Source: Octopus sinensis
Taxonomy: Eukaryota
NCBI RefSeq assembly: GCF_006345805.1
Contig: NW_021833246.1
Coordinates: 1-64,000 of the forward strand
Direction of reading: 5' to 3'
Length of the DNA stretch: 64,000 bases
In this document: positions 14,590 through 29,319 of the stretch, in pieces
Layout of the letters: every line of letters begins with the position of its first letter
How positions within the stretch are numbered: the first letter of the stretch is position 1
Notes under the pieces: generated by a model
The model's database searches: none
Told to the model about the DNA's origin: nothing
What the model saw: the letters and a program-made list of their open reading frames with translations, nothing else
Position numbers and translations under genes: made by a program

Positions 14590-15270
14590 TGTGTTCGGGG
14601 AAAAGTTGATGATTTTGTGTCTTCTTTCACGTACACTTTGATGTGTCTGTGAACTGCCTACAACGTTGGAATTCCTGGACGTTATAGTTATAGTTCAGAA
14701 AGAGTTAGGGGACGTGAAGTACTGGAAGTTATTTGAATACTGGAAAAGATTTACTTTTATCATTATGTTTTGCATCTCATGTCAAAATGCCGTGATCATG
14801 ACTACTGCTCAATGCTCTGTGAACTGTAAGACATAATATGGGCATTCTTAATAAAGTCTACCCCAAAATATAGAGGCCTTTCGGGTATATATCTAGTGAG
14901 TATTTGGTCATACTTTTCCCGAAATTTTGAACAAGGCCTTAAGATCAATTTACTGGAGGCCGTGATAAAACCCTAGCTAGAGTAATTTTGCTGTGGCAAC
15001 AGGATTCGCCGCTTTGCCAAATCTTTGAAAAGATTCATAAGTAGTTGTCTGAGAATTTATGTGAATTAATCAGCTCGAATTTCTTGCCTCCTAATAACCT
15101 CGATTATCAACCCATAGATTACTACGTGTCGAGTGCTGGTGAGAAAGTCACCAAGGTCGTCTGCAACACCACTGCCGTGCTAGTGGCCAAGTTTCTAGGA
15201 GTTTTTCTCAGGGATAGATTAAGGAACAATTGCACCAGTTACTGGAACCAGTAGAACCTGGGAGCAACTA
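14587..15270 (+). mobile_element. Decayed DD37D (maT-type) Tc1/mariner remnant
   Basis: Starts TA|CAGTGTGTTC. QQDSPLC...FLPPNNLDYQPIDYYV has 37 residues between the two Asp. It lies between TA arrays. Confidence 0.65.
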
Positions 15271-15306
15271 CTTTGATTAAAAGTCTGATTTACTTAAATA
15301 AAATAA

Positions 15307-15367
<61 letters not shown>

Positions 15368-15604
15368 CGTAGAGATAAATAAGTAAATAGACAGATAGTT
15401 AGATAGGTAGTTTGATACATAGACTTGGAAGTAGATTTTACGAAAATGTTTTTCTGTATCAAGAGAGGTACTGACGTAACATACAACCACTGCAATCAGC
15501 AGGAGCAATGTATACAAATAACAGTGTTATTTTTCCTGTACTCAAAAACTCATAAAAGCAGCTATATACATGCACTTACACAAATAACAACACCAACAAC
15601 GAAC

Positions 15605-16016
<412 letters not shown>

Positions 16017-16337
16017 AGCCTCTCAAGTGTCCAAGAAAGACAGTTTCGCGAGTTGTAAAGATGTCCCATATATCCGAAGCCGAGATGATCGCAGGCCATT
16101 GAGAGAGAAAGAGAAAGTACTCCACTGACATGGAATGGAACCCGGGACATTGCCATCGTGCTTAGTGGTTAGAGTGCATATGCTTATATATACATACTTA
16201 TATACCTATGTATCTATGTGTGTGTGTCTGCGTGCGTGTTTGTGTGTAAGTATATATATATATTGCCTGTGTTAATCTATACATGTATATGTACACTTTT
16301 ATAAATTTATTATGTATCTACATATATATGTATATAT

Positions 16338-16393
<56 letters not shown>

Positions 16394-16501
16394 TACATAC
16401 AGATATACATACATAATAATACATATATTTATTATATATATAACCACAACATAGATATATACACAGAATAAGATATATATATATAATATATATATATATT
16501 A

Positions 16502-16548
<47 letters not shown>

Positions 16549-17168
16549 TTATATTAACGTGCCTCCTATATAGCATGGAATGACGCAGTGCTACGTTTGA
16601 AATAAAATGAAGTCAATAGCGTTAATCATCTATTGATGGCGATGTACGATTAGAGAAGACACTGAAGCAAAGCGAACAAAATAGATAAATAAAAAAAAAG
16701 TAATAAAAACATAAAGTAAAAAAAAAAATAAACGTAATAAAATCAAGTAACGAAATCGAATGAATGATCGTGCGTATTGATTATATTTGCGTGAGTTAGA
16801 TTGTTATTGGTGACGATGATATTATTGACGTATGAAAAACAACATTCTATTATAATGTCGTCGCTTTGATGTTATCAGCAGTGATAATATCGCTAGTGAT
16901 TTTCCAATTTTCCAATTTACCTGTAGTGATCGATGCATTGTTTAAACGATAGCACGAGACCATGTAAGTATTTTGAGAATCGATGAGAACAAACCCGATG
17001 ATTACTTTCACCAATTTTACACACGCCCGGAGACAGTGAAGCCCAGAAACTCCCCAGTGCAATGTAAATATGTTTGCATGCATGATTGTATGTATGTATG
17101 TATGTATGTATGTAGTATGTATGTATGTATGTATGTTGTATGTATTCATGCATGTATGTATATATATA

Positions 17169-17248
<80 letters not shown>

Positions 17249-17358
17249 TATATATATGTATATGCGCATGTATGTAGGTAGGAAAATAGCATGTATATAT
17301 GCATGTATGTTTTTGCATCTATCATTTGTCTGATGTTCTTATTATCTATCTATCTACC

Positions 17359-17391
<33 letters not shown>

Positions 17392-17454
17392 TATATATAT
17401 ATCTGTGTGTGTGGTGTGTGTGTGTGTATGTATCTATAAAGATGTATATACATA

Positions 17455-17943
17455 TCTCTATACATAAAACTGAAATGCGTTTTTGCCGCTTGAATCGCTT
17501 TCAAAGCCACTACATCCCGTCCGATTCACTCCAAAATTTACAGGGACATGTAAAATGAGGTGACGATGCCCGTGGGCTACCTTAGAAATCCCTATCTTAA
17601 AAGTTGTCCGTGCTAGGGCCAAAGCCCCACTTTGACAAGTCCACTCTCGTTCTTTAATGTATCAGTCTTCCTCAACTCACTCTCCCTATTTCCTCTCTTC
17701 CCAGCACTTTTTCCCTCACTCTATTTCATACATTCCCATTACTTTCACTTCCTCAAACGGCCTTCTTTTATGTATCTGTCTGCATTCATAGAGAGAATTA
17801 CCATCGCCACCACCAACACACAATCATGACAACAAATATTATGAATCTCACTATCGCATTCTATTGTCTGCCTGTCAACGCGCTGATCGAGCAAATACAA
17901 ACAGAACACACTAACGAGCGTAGAGCGGGTCACCTTCAGCTAG
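17455..17943 (+). mobile_element. Non-autonomous Helitron (second family)
   Basis: A|TCTCTATACATAAAA 5' end, CCGATTCACTCCAAAATTT motif like that of the 42411 copy, GC-rich subterminal CGAGCGTAGAGCGGG, 3' CTAG|T. Confidence 0.7.
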
Positions 17944-18029
17944 TCTTTATATAATTATGAACATAAATGCATAAAAATTATGTACACAGGTATTTATAGA
18001 TATATAACTATCCATGTGCATAAATAGGC

Positions 18030-18063
<34 letters not shown>

Positions 18064-18131
18064 TTTGTGAGTGTTTGTACATACCGAAATACATTCACAC
18101 GCACACATGCGTTCATATATATATACATATA

Positions 18132-18205
<74 letters not shown>

Positions 18206-18489
18206 CATCTGTATATACGTACGTCTATATAGTGTTTATTTATACAGAAATACATATTGCGTAGAGGGCAGATGACCAATGATTTTGTATAATACTACTA
18301 GAATATGCATGCGCGTACATTCAAGATATCATCATAAAGTCTTATGAGGATGTCTTGATATCTTAATACATGGTGTGTATGCAGACGAATGTTTGTGAGT
18401 TAGAAGAGATAGAAAGACAGACAGTGAGGTAGAGATTGAGGGAGAGATACTTTGTGTACGTTTTCATCCATACTATCGTACGCTTTCAT

Positions 18490-18794
18490 TCTTCTACTTG
18501 TTTCTGTTATTTGACTGCGACCATGCTGGAACACCACTTTAGAGCGTTTTTTCGTCGAAGAAATCAATCCCAGGACTTATCTTTTACGATAATACAACAT
18601 TACACATATATATATTATATATATATATATATATTATATATATATATACGACAGGCTTCTTTGAGTGTCCTTTTACCAATTCCGCTCATAAGGCTATGGT
18701 CGGCCCTAGGCTCTAACGGAAGACGCTTGCGGGACTGAACTCAAACCCACCTGGTTGCGAAGCAAGCGTCTTACCCGGGTGTCACGCCCGAGCC
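18490..18794 (-). mobile_element. SINE family D, deleted copy
   Basis: Homologous to 20465-20882. Confidence 0.8.
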
Positions 18795-18865
18795 TATGTA
18801 TACACAAAAATAATTATGCCCTTATTTTGCATATTCTTGATGCCGCAGGCATACAGAAACAAGAC

Positions 18866-18907
<42 letters not shown>

Positions 18908-19054
18908 ATATAATATATAACATTATTGGTGAATTGAAGAAATGGAGCTGAACGCAGATTGAACAGAAATCGTTTACTGCTGTGATTTTTGCTACTAAGG
19001 TATCGGTTAAACTTTTGATTAATCTACTACAAGATTATCATCTTTCTATTTCAC

Positions 19055-19140
<86 letters not shown>

Positions 19141-19395
19141 TAGGAACGAGATTCATGTACAATTAAGCCAATGAAAAATGATATTATAACGATTGTATTT
19201 CGTGGAACATCAGAATATGTCTGTGGCCCATACCGTGGACTGCTCTTCATTACAGCATCATTGAAGAGCGCCAAGTGCGATCAATATACACGGTGAAGGA
19301 TAGTTTCTTTTCACTCTTAACTCTCTCTCTCTTTTATTTATATATAATCATACATACATACCTACATATATACATACATACATTACATATATATA

Positions 19396-19452
<57 letters not shown>

Positions 19453-19456
<4 letters not shown>

Positions 19457-19625
19457 TACTAGCCATCTCGATGTGGCTAACCACTAAGGGTGTGTGTTAC
19501 TGATCTCCCGGGGCTAAAAGCTACAGTGAAACCCACCCTTAGTGGTTAGCCACATTGAGATGGCTAGTATACTTTACGTTGTCGAGCGGTTACTGTTTAC
19601 ATCTCGTTCAGAGATTTATTATTGC
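19453..19625 (+). mobile_element. Fold-back element in (TA)n: 40-bp inverted arms and tail
   Basis: Arms 19453-19492 and 19534-19573 have 1 mismatch. The tail TACTGTTTACATCTCGTTCAGAGATTTA recurs near 38795-38822. Confidence 0.75.
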
Positions 19626-19670
<45 letters not shown>

Positions 19671-20327
19671 AACAACAGCTTCATATTAAAAAGAGATTAA
19701 CAAATGTCACTAAATGCGACTAGGGTGTTAGGAAGCACCTACACAGCTACTAATAAGAGGTGAACCGCTCTAGTGCTATAGTTAATGTATATGAATGAAA
19801 ACATAAAAACAAATTCATTCATGTGCGTTAACTACTTAACTACAGCATTAAAGCAGTTTAAGTTCTTTATTTATGGAATCTTCATTTTTTAGATTATCAC
19901 TTTTACTAAATATTTTTTTAAACATTATTATAACTGCAATAAACAAAATTGTTGATGACATAATAAATATACAGTTTTTGTTTCCGTTATACCTCCACTA
20001 TTAACTTACTGTAACGTCTCTTTACTAAACTGTGACAGCTAAATATGAGGAAGACACGCTGAGGAAAACGGCTGACGCTAAGGGCATTCTATGTATGCTA
20101 TTATTTTGAACTACATTGTAAGTTCTTAGGCTTTAAACAGAGTATATTAATTTCTTAGAGATAACATACTGAAGCTAAAATACTATAAAGCATTAGTGAT
20201 TATATTTATTGCAGAGAAGTCTACGATTGAAGAAATATTTAAATGTGAATTTACTGAAGTTGCTCCACATGTCCCCCTATCACTCACTCTCGCTCTCTTT
20301 CTCTCTCTCTCTTTCTCTCGCTATCTC

Positions 20328-20367
<40 letters not shown>

Positions 20368-20464
20368 GATATAATATATATATATATATATATATACATA
20401 CATACATACATATATATATGTGTGTGTGCAATATCTATTAATATATATATATATGTATATATAT

Positions 20465-20640
20465 TCTTTTGCTTGTTTCAGTTATTTGGCTGCGGACATG
20501 TTGGAGCAAATCAAACCCAAGACTTACTCTTTGTAAGCCTAGTACTTATTCTATCGATCTCTTTTGACCAATCGCTAGGTTACGGGGACGTAAACACATC
20601 AGCATCGGTTGTCAAACAATTTTGGTGGACAAACACACAA

Positions 20641-20701
<61 letters not shown>

Positions 20702-20882
20702 TACATATATATATATATTACTATGGGCTTCTTTCAGTTTCCGTCTAACAAATCCACTCACAAGGCATTTGTCGGCTCGAGGCTATAGTAGAGAACACTT
20801 GCCGTAGGTGCAACGCAGTGGGACTGAACCCAGAACCATGGGGCGGGTAAGCAAGCTACTTAAACACAACCACTCCTGCGCC
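20465..20882 (-). mobile_element. Bipartite SINE, family D, with internal (CA)/(TA) microsatellite
   Basis: Head GGCGCAGGAGTGG...GGTTCAGTCCCACTGCG, then the internal microsatellite, then a 3' module ending TGAAACAAGCAAAAGAATA. Confidence 0.9.
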
Positions 20883-21071
20883 TATATATATAATGTACTG
20901 TTCTGTGTCCAACAAAACAATATTGTATCTGGAGAGAGATACATTTATTTAATAAACATAAAGGGTATCATTTGAGCTACTTCTAATACTTTCATGTGAT
21001 GAAAACGAAGCGGACGGGATTTTATGATACGTATATAACTAGCATACATATAGCACGTATATATAATATAC

Positions 21072-21145
<74 letters not shown>

Positions 21146-22099
21146 ATATATATATATACCAAATAATATATATGGTTACAATAAATAATATATACACTCA
21201 CAGTAATGCAATAAAAACAACACAGGCGGCATCTTATAACAGATATATAAGAAGAATATATGTAACATGTATATATATATATATATATATATATAATAAT
21301 ATATATATATATGTATTATACATCCTATATATATGTATGTGTGTGTATGTGTTGTATGAATTAATATGTATATATGCAAGTATGTATATGCATACATACA
21401 CACACAAACAGACACAGACACACACATAAGTACAAGGACAATAGAAATTACCAAAGAGAGTGACTACACTTGTAAATAATTATTATACGTACATTTTAAA
21501 ACAGACTTTATTATTTGATAGATCGACTGAAAAACAAATCTTTATTTTTACTTTTCAAAATGTTCGTTTCACATGGGAATTCCTTATTGTTCAAAATATA
21601 TTTCTCCTCTTGAAAGAGAAGACAAGAAATTTTGTAGAATGAATATTTAAAACTGTTCCTACGCCATTAATGCTATTATATTTTTAAGAGTGTTAGCGGA
21701 TGTAAATGACGTCAGATAGTGTCAAACGAAAATGGAATTGATGTTGTCGTTATTATTGCTAGTCTTGCTTTTGTTGTTTCCCTTGTTGTTGCTATTGCTG
21801 TTGTTTTTGTTGTTGCTCAGGATGTTTTTGTGGATTTTGTTGCTATTGTTGAATCAACACTTCAGGAGTGTTATCGTTACTCAAACAGAATATTAGTAAC
21901 ATTTTGACAAGCTAGAAAAAGCCAGAGACCGCGTGATAGATGGAGAAGGTGATTCGTATAGACTCCAGTTTTTCTAATGTCAAATTTTAGATCTTAAGAA
22001 ATGTTTTCAAGTTGCAGGTCATCTATGATCCATAAGAATATAGATAAAAATATCCGAACAACACCATTTTTTCATTATACCTTTCAGAATATGCCTTGG

Positions 22100-22408
22100 A
22101 GTGAAGGAACATAGCATTGTGTTAGGGTATTCTGGTCAAGATCATAAGGCCCGGAAAGAGTTTACTGTGTCCTTGAGCAAGACTCTCTTTCTCATATCTA
22201 CAGTACATTTACCTTGTAAAAACTATTTGTACCAGTAATTCAAATAGCCAGCCTTGTCAGTCTGTGTCACGCAGAGTCTCCCTGTGAACTAATTTCCTGG
22301 TTCACGTCCCTGCGGAGTGCTCAGCCACGAGCACGTTAATATCAGGATTAAGTTGTTCCATTGATCGAATCAACTAAAACCCTCGTCGTCGCAACCGATG
22401 GGTCGCCA
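22100..22408 (+). mobile_element. SINE family C
   Basis: GTGTCCTTGAGCAAGAC core and CCCTCGTCGTCGCAACCGA tail. Confidence 0.8.
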
Positions 22409-23294
22409 GTGTACTACGAATACATATCCAGTAAGTCATTTCATTTTCCATATCTTAAGACAACTCGTCATATCATTGCTATTTCTACCATGTCGAGCAC
22501 TCACGCGTTCAAAAATCCGTTTTCCTTCAAAAAGTGCAACATATCTCTATCACAATCACGACACTACGCTGGTTGAACCTATTTCTTACTCAATATCGAA
22601 TAGCTTTCTTAAATGTGATAGTATATGTAAAATATTTTTTTCGTTATATGTTATTTCTGGAAAGCAATTTAATTTTTTGCTTCTGACGAAAACATTCATT
22701 TATAGCATGAAATCTGAAGTGTCGACATCACTCTCTCACGGGAGTAACCAAGAAAAAAAATTCTCATAATGAACAATTGCTAGATTCACTGTTAAGTAGA
22801 AGTAGTCATAACAAGATTAGAAAATTGAATTATCTAAGCTGTAGCTAATCATTAGCTAATTGGTATTTAATATCATCTATAAATACTACGAACGTGTTAT
22901 CATATTAGACGCAAGTATAAAATGATAAAAATATGTCTCTACGGTATAACAATAATGAGCATCTCTCTAGGATTTGCATATATTTAAATTTACTGCTGTC
23001 ATACGAATTGTGCACAAGAAGATTTAGAAATTTCCACATAACAGTTCTTCGCAAATACGCATCATGGTAAAACTGGTAGTTTAAACAGGTCGTATTGGAT
23101 CTTGCTCATTGTCTTACAAAGCGTGCCACCTTGTGTCAAAAATAAGTGAATTAAATCGGAAGGGCTCTTAGTTTACTAAACTGTAAATAGTTGCCACTAT
23201 TTTATACTGCTTCTTTGACAAGCAAAACAGAAACCTTCTATTTTGTTGTACAACCTGAGGGCAATGGTATTAAAATAAATAGCAACAGGAGTTG

Positions 23295-24044
23295 GAGATT
23301 AGAAGGTGAAACGGAAGAACGGAACGAGAAGATGGAGGACAAGGTGGAGAAGGAGAACAAATGAAGGAAGATGAAAGGAAAGCAAAAAGGAGGAGGATGA
23401 CAAAGAGTAAGACAAGAAGAAGAAGAGGAAGAAAAAGAAGGAGGAGGATGACAAAGAGTAAGACAAGAAGAAGAAGAGGAAGAAAAAGAAGAAGAAGAAA
23501 GAAGAAGAAGAAGAAGAGAAGAAGAAGAAGAAGAAGAAGAAGTAGAAGAAGAAGAAGAAAAAAAGAAGATGCAGAAAAAGAAGAAGAAGATGTAGAAGAA
23601 GTTGAAGTCGAAGAAGAATCAAACGAAGAAAAAAGAAAAATAAAGAAGAAGGAGAAGGAGAAAAGATGAAAAGAAGGATATGAAAATGGGAGGAGGAGAA
23701 ATAAGTGAAGGAGAAGAAGTAGAAGTGAAAGAAGGAGAAGAAAAAACGAAAGACGAAGAAGAGGAGGTAGAATGGGAGAAGAAGAAGAATAAAAAGAAAG
23801 AGCCGAAAATAGAAGAATGAGAGAAGGGGAAAAAGGAAACGAGGCAGAAGACAAGTAGGAAGTAAAAGATGTGGGAGAAGAAGAATACAAGAAGACGAAG
23901 AAGAAGAAGAAGAAGAAGAAGAGAAGAAGAAGAAGAAGAAGAAGAAGAAGAAGAAGAAGAAGAAGAAGAAAAAGAAGGAGAAGAAGAAGAAGAAAAAGAA
24001 GGAGAAGAAGAAGAAGAAAAAGAAGGAGAAGAAGAAGAAGAGAA

Positions 24045-24079
<35 letters not shown>

Positions 24080-24190
24080 AGAAGAAGAAGAAGAAGAAGA
24101 AGAAGAAGAAAACGAAGAAGAAGAAGAAGAAAAAGAAGAAGAAGAAGCAGCAGGAGGGTGACAAGAAAAAGAACAAAATGAAAAAAATGA
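23295..24190 (+). repeat. ~0.9-kb polypurine (GAA/GGA) compound tract with an internal ~48-bp duplication
   Basis: The + strand is strongly purine-biased. AGGAGGAGGATGACAAAGAGTAAGACAAGAAG occurs twice. Confidence 0.95.
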
Positions 24191-25002
24191 AGCTTAACTC
24201 CCTTACATCGCGTCTAGCACCTTTAGAAAACATCTTCGTTTCTGAAAGGCTTCCTTTCGCTTTCGATATCATATACTGTTTCCAATTTTAGTACAAGACT
24301 AAGTATTTAGGTGTAATATAATTATTCTAACAAGAGTTTTGACTCCTAATTTCTTTTAGCGACTCCCTCCTCCATCCTTAGGGATAAATGGTAAATTTCA
24401 ATTTAGCAGGATTTGAAATTACACGTAAAGAACTATAAGATCTACTACAAAAATGTTATCCATCGATCTTGGAGATTGTACTAATCCTCGATTTTCTGTA
24501 ACATATAGGTAATTGTGTATGTTAGCTCAGAATATTGCTTCGATTTTGCTATTCTCCTACTTGTTTTCCATAATTTCCCCGTGTTTTTGATGTTATGTTT
24601 TTAATATATTTTTATTAGTTTCCAGTTCAAATCTAATCGATGAAATCAATGGTCAAAGAATTTCATCATGAAAATCCTTCCTTTTTAAAAGATTCTTAAT
24701 ATTTTTGCCCAACGCATAGTACTTTCTTCAATTCTTCCCTATTTCTTTCTTTCATTCTTTCAATTTCTTTCCTTCTCTTTTTCTTTGTTTCCGTCCTTTC
24801 TTTCTCTGTCTATATCTCTTTCTTCCTCTCTTTTCTCCTTCCTCCCTTCCTTTCCATTTTTCCATCCTTCTTTCATCATTTCTTTCTTGTAGTTTTTGTA
24901 GAGAGAGTGAGGGATGTCTCATCGGTTTCGAAGTTGACGATGGAGTATTTCGACGAAGTGAATTTCCAGCGGCAAATTAACATTTAAGCAACTGACTATT
25001 GT

Positions 25003-25235
25003 GGAGCCGCGTAGCTTAGTGGAGAAGGTATAAGACTCATTGATCGCAAGGTTGTGGTTTCGATTTGTGGACCAGGCAACGCGTTGTGATTTTTGCGCAA
25101 AAACTCTTCATTTTCATTTTAAATTGCTTCAGTTCACTCAGCTGGCAAAAATGTGTAATTCTATAATGGACCCGAGTCCCGTCTAGGGAGCCACAGAATC
25201 AGGAACACCGGCCTTATGAGTCTGTACGGCTGATG
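25003..25235 (+). mobile_element. SINE with family C head/core and family B-like tail
   Basis: TAGCTTAGTGG...GGTTTCGAT...CACTCAGCTGGCAAAAATG, then ATGGACC.GAGTCCCGTCTAGGG...CCGGCCTTATGAG. Confidence 0.7.
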
Positions 25236-25817
25236 AAGCCGCTTTATTCATTATTCTTCATCCTTTATCGGGCAGATTAATCCGCACAGGCATATTTTCT
25301 ACTTCCCCTAACACACTTCTGGGGCCCGATCAGCCTGACATGTGGCATGTGTCCACTAGGATCTATAGATCACAACGTTATATAAAGAGCGGAACGAGTG
25401 GAAAAAGCAGAAAGAGGCGATGATTGCACTCTTCTGATATCTCATTTCAAAAGTATATGACTGTAAGTTTACTTGGAAATAATTCGCTCTGAAATTGTAG
25501 ATCTGCAGAAATAATACGCAAAATGATTCTGTCTGGCGCTCTCACACATCGGGCAAATTTCCACAGCATTTTATGATCGAAGGTGCATTGCTAGTGGTTA
25601 GGACGTTGCAATTATTATTGCAATATAGTGGATTCGATTCCCAGACTAGACAGTACATTTTGTTCTTCCACGCTCATCAAATCCACTCAACAGTAAATGA
25701 CCAATCCTGCTACTGATTGGAATCCCGTACCAAGGAAATAAGATTCCGGTCACTAGTAAACGTCCACTATGTTGTATAAGAACAGATTTGCATATATATA
25801 TATATACATATATATCC

Positions 25818-26470
25818 GGGATCCGGGACCCCCTTCGGTCACGACACTGACCATGGGATTGCACCTAGAAAGTTACCCTCCTAGTCACAAGTCTGGGCAT
25901 GGTTGTTTATGGAAGACCAGCAGTCGCCCATGCATACCGGCCTCCCCTCTCCACGCCACCAGTGTTATCCAAGGGAAAGGCAAAGGCCGATACAGCTTGG
26001 CACTCGTGACGTCGCAACTCATTTCTGCAGCTGAGTGAACTGGAGCAACGTGAAATAAAGTGCCTTGCTCAAGAACACAACACGCAGCCCGTGTGGGGGC
26101 GGTTGTGTGTGAATCCGTCGGTTACAACGGTGTGATTTCCAGTTGATGTGATCAACAGAAGAGCCTTCTCGTGAAATTAACGTACAAGTGGCTGACCACT
26201 CCACAGATACGTCTACCCTTAACGTAGTTCTCGGGGAGATTCAGCGTGACACAGAGTGTGGCAAGGCTAGCCTTTTGAAATACGGGTATAACAGAAACAG
26301 GAAGAAAGAGTGAGAGAAAGTTGTAGTGAAAGAATACAGCAGGGTTTCCCACCACCTCCTGCCAGAGTCTCGTGGAAATCATTAAACACTCACAACGCCC
26401 GGTCTTGAAATCGAAACCGCGATCCGTATGACCGCGAGTCTCCTGCCTAATCACTGGGCCATTGCGCCTC
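25818..26470 (-). mobile_element. Nested or chimeric SINEs: B-head/C-tail copy (26110-26470) abutting a CORE-SINE with an RTE-5'UTR-like body (25818-26090)
   Basis: Modules match the family B head and the family C core and tail. The body has GAAGACCAGCAGTCGCCCATGC and ATCCAAGGGAAAGG. Confidence 0.7.
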
Positions 26471-26618
26471 CACTATATGTATGTGTGTGTGTGTGTGGAT
26501 GCAGTATAATTTCTAAATTATATCTTTAGCGAGTTAACTTGGGGTTCCTTAACGACAGTGTATATGCAGTACATATAATTTCCACTATGTATGACCACTT
26601 AATATGTTATTATTATTA

Positions 26619-26676
<58 letters not shown>

Positions 26677-26818
26677 GGCGGGGAGCTGGTAGAGTTCTTA
26701 CCACGCCGAAGTCGATTTTGCCTTCCATCCTTTCAAGGTCCACAAATTAAGTACCAGTGAAAAATGTAATCGACTTAACAACTCCCCCAAATTTCAGTTC
26801 TTGCATTTATAGTAGACG
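26677..26818 (+). mobile_element. SINE family A, internally deleted
   Basis: The GGCGGGGAGCTGGTAGA head is joined directly to the body, just after (TTA)n. Confidence 0.75.
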
Positions 26819-26849
26819 GGATTTATAAAAATAATAACAATAATACTAC

Positions 26850-27375
26850 GGTCTCGCATCCAATAAGCCCTATTCCTCCACTTTTTCTTGGTACACACAA
26901 TCTGCCTGTGTCAGATTTTGGGTGGAGTATCGTATATCTTATCAGCAACTTCCTTGTCTTTCTGTCTAAGCTGTTTAGTTCGTCTACAGTCCATGCGAAC
27001 ACCTCTGCTCCATATCAAAGGAGTGAAATCGCCTAGGTGTTGATAGCTTCAATCTTATTCCGTCCGTTTCATTTCGACTTAAGGATCAGTCTCAGTCTGT
27101 GAAAGTACTCCACCTTAAATTTGTCTGTCATATCTTCCTCCATCAATTTATCCATTTCTAATATCCACAAGTACTTATAGCCCGTCTCTGCTATCTGTTT
27201 GATAACCTCCCCCGACAGTATCACTATCCCGTCCATATATTTGATTTTGCCTCCCTTCATGTCTAACACACCACACTATTTCAGTCCGAACTCCATTCTG
27301 ATATCTGTATTGAAAGTATAAACCGTATTAACGAGTGAGATGACTTGGGATTCATCTTTGCCATAAAATTTGATG

Positions 27376-27379
<4 letters not shown>
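26850..27379 (-). mobile_element. R4/Dong-like reverse transcriptase fragment
   Basis: DIKFYGKD...DIRMEFGL...GYKYLWILE...LRLILKSK.NGRNKIEAINT, followed by a frameshifted HPKSD.DRL.VPRK.GG.GL-like motif. TAA-type repeats flank it. Confidence 0.85.
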
Positions 27380-27425
<46 letters not shown>

Positions 27426-27972
27426 GATTTTGTTGTTGTTATTGTTATCAGTCTTGTTTCGGCTATTTTTATCAATATTGTGATTATTGTTACCGTAATT
27501 AGCATTGCGATTATTATATTCTATTGCATTTATATCTCATAATTCTCGGCAACTGTACAGAGGCATCCAGTTACTTAGATGATAACGTTTTGAGATAACG
27601 TTTGCAATGGATTAAATATCTCATCTGCTACCCTGAAAACTGATATTTTACTAAGAATAAAAGACATCCAGGACTGCTCATTTTATCCTGTCGAAATAAA
27701 CAGTTCCAGAAATACATGGATACAGCCCTACGGCACAGCAAAGGGGGAATGATGCGATATAAAATCCCGATCATTTTATACATTATTATTCCCAGATATT
27801 TTTATCATCTTAAACGTACACCGCACAAACATTTCAGGCAAACTCCATTTCCATTACATTGTTGGGACTGTTATTTTTCAAACTAGAAAAATAAACAAAC
27901 GTTACAATTCTTTATATAACACATAAAATAACTCATTCCTACTTCGTTGTTTTTCCGCTGGCACATTACTGA

Positions 27973-28037
<65 letters not shown>

Positions 28038-28319
28038 TGACTGTTTTATTTTTCCTCTGTGCAACAAACATTTCATAGTTTTATTCGCCTCGGGAGACAT
28101 ATCAATATATCGTAGAATTATATGAAGTTTTCTCTTTACATATTAAACGTACAATAAATAGATTTTTTTTCTTCAGTGCAACACATCACATTGGGAAAAA
28201 ATATCCTTTTTCCTTCGCTCTCTTAATTTTTTTTTCAAAGAATTACAATGAAATGATAATCGCAACAAATCGTTGTCAAGGAACATGTATGCAATAAAAT
28301 ATATATAAATAAAATGTGC

Positions 28320-28364
<45 letters not shown>

Positions 28365-28515
28365 TATATATATACTCTTATTATAAATATATATATATAT
28401 ATATATATGCAGAAACACAAATATACCTTATAATCATACACACACAGGTACACGAATCGGATAATCGGATTATTCAGCAAAAAATACAATGCCATTACTA
28501 AAATATTATAACTCC

Positions 28516-28567
<52 letters not shown>

Positions 28568-29319
28568 TGATGATGATGATGATTTTATCACCACGTTAAT
28601 ATGACCCTCTATATTATTGTTCAGAAAATCATTGTTGTCTTATGTTGATTTGTAGTGTTACATTATCGTTACTTTCATGCTTGTGATGTGGATGTAGCTG
28701 TGGATGTTGCTGTTGTTTTGTTTTTATACATGTATTTATGTCGACAGTTATTTACATATCTTTTTTTTTTGTCTCTCAATTTATTATTTATATAGTTATT
28801 GCTATGTTACGTTTGATGTTTGTGGAATAATGACCACACATTACAAACCAACCCGCCTGTCATCTCCGAAAAAGCAAAGACAAATGCAAGACTTGAGTAA
28901 GAACACTTAATAATGTGTTTTATGGATTAGCTGAATCAGTAAATCGTCGAACAAAACGGCATACGGCCTTTAGTTTTGGACATTTATCTTCTCAGTTCAA
29001 ATTTCCCCGATGATTTACTGGTCCTTGATTCGCTTTATATGTCGTGATTTAAAAATCCGTTAATGTGATTTTTGCATTTTATTTTTCTGAGACACACAGG
29101 TTACTGTATATGTCAAGCATTCAATTAGAAATGGCCTCTTGGTTCTCGCGCACAAAACCTGTGGCGGTGAGTCTAATTTCGACAATATAATCAGTGGCAG
29201 ATATAACGTTCGCCGTGCAGTAGGCAAAGACCAGTGCGTTGGGGCATAATTTCTATGAAGCGCAGTACAGCTCTGACCATTATTCCTCTTATATTCATGT
29301 TTTGTGTAATCTCAACGAA

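Noticed and set aside
19185-19220. Hammerhead-like CTGATG-ttccac-GAAA on the minus strand
   Set aside because: It lacks A9 and convincing stems II and III.
23361-24291. Arg/Lys/Glu-rich ORFs resembling protamine or SR proteins
   Set aside because: They come from the GAA tract and are open in several frames on both strands.
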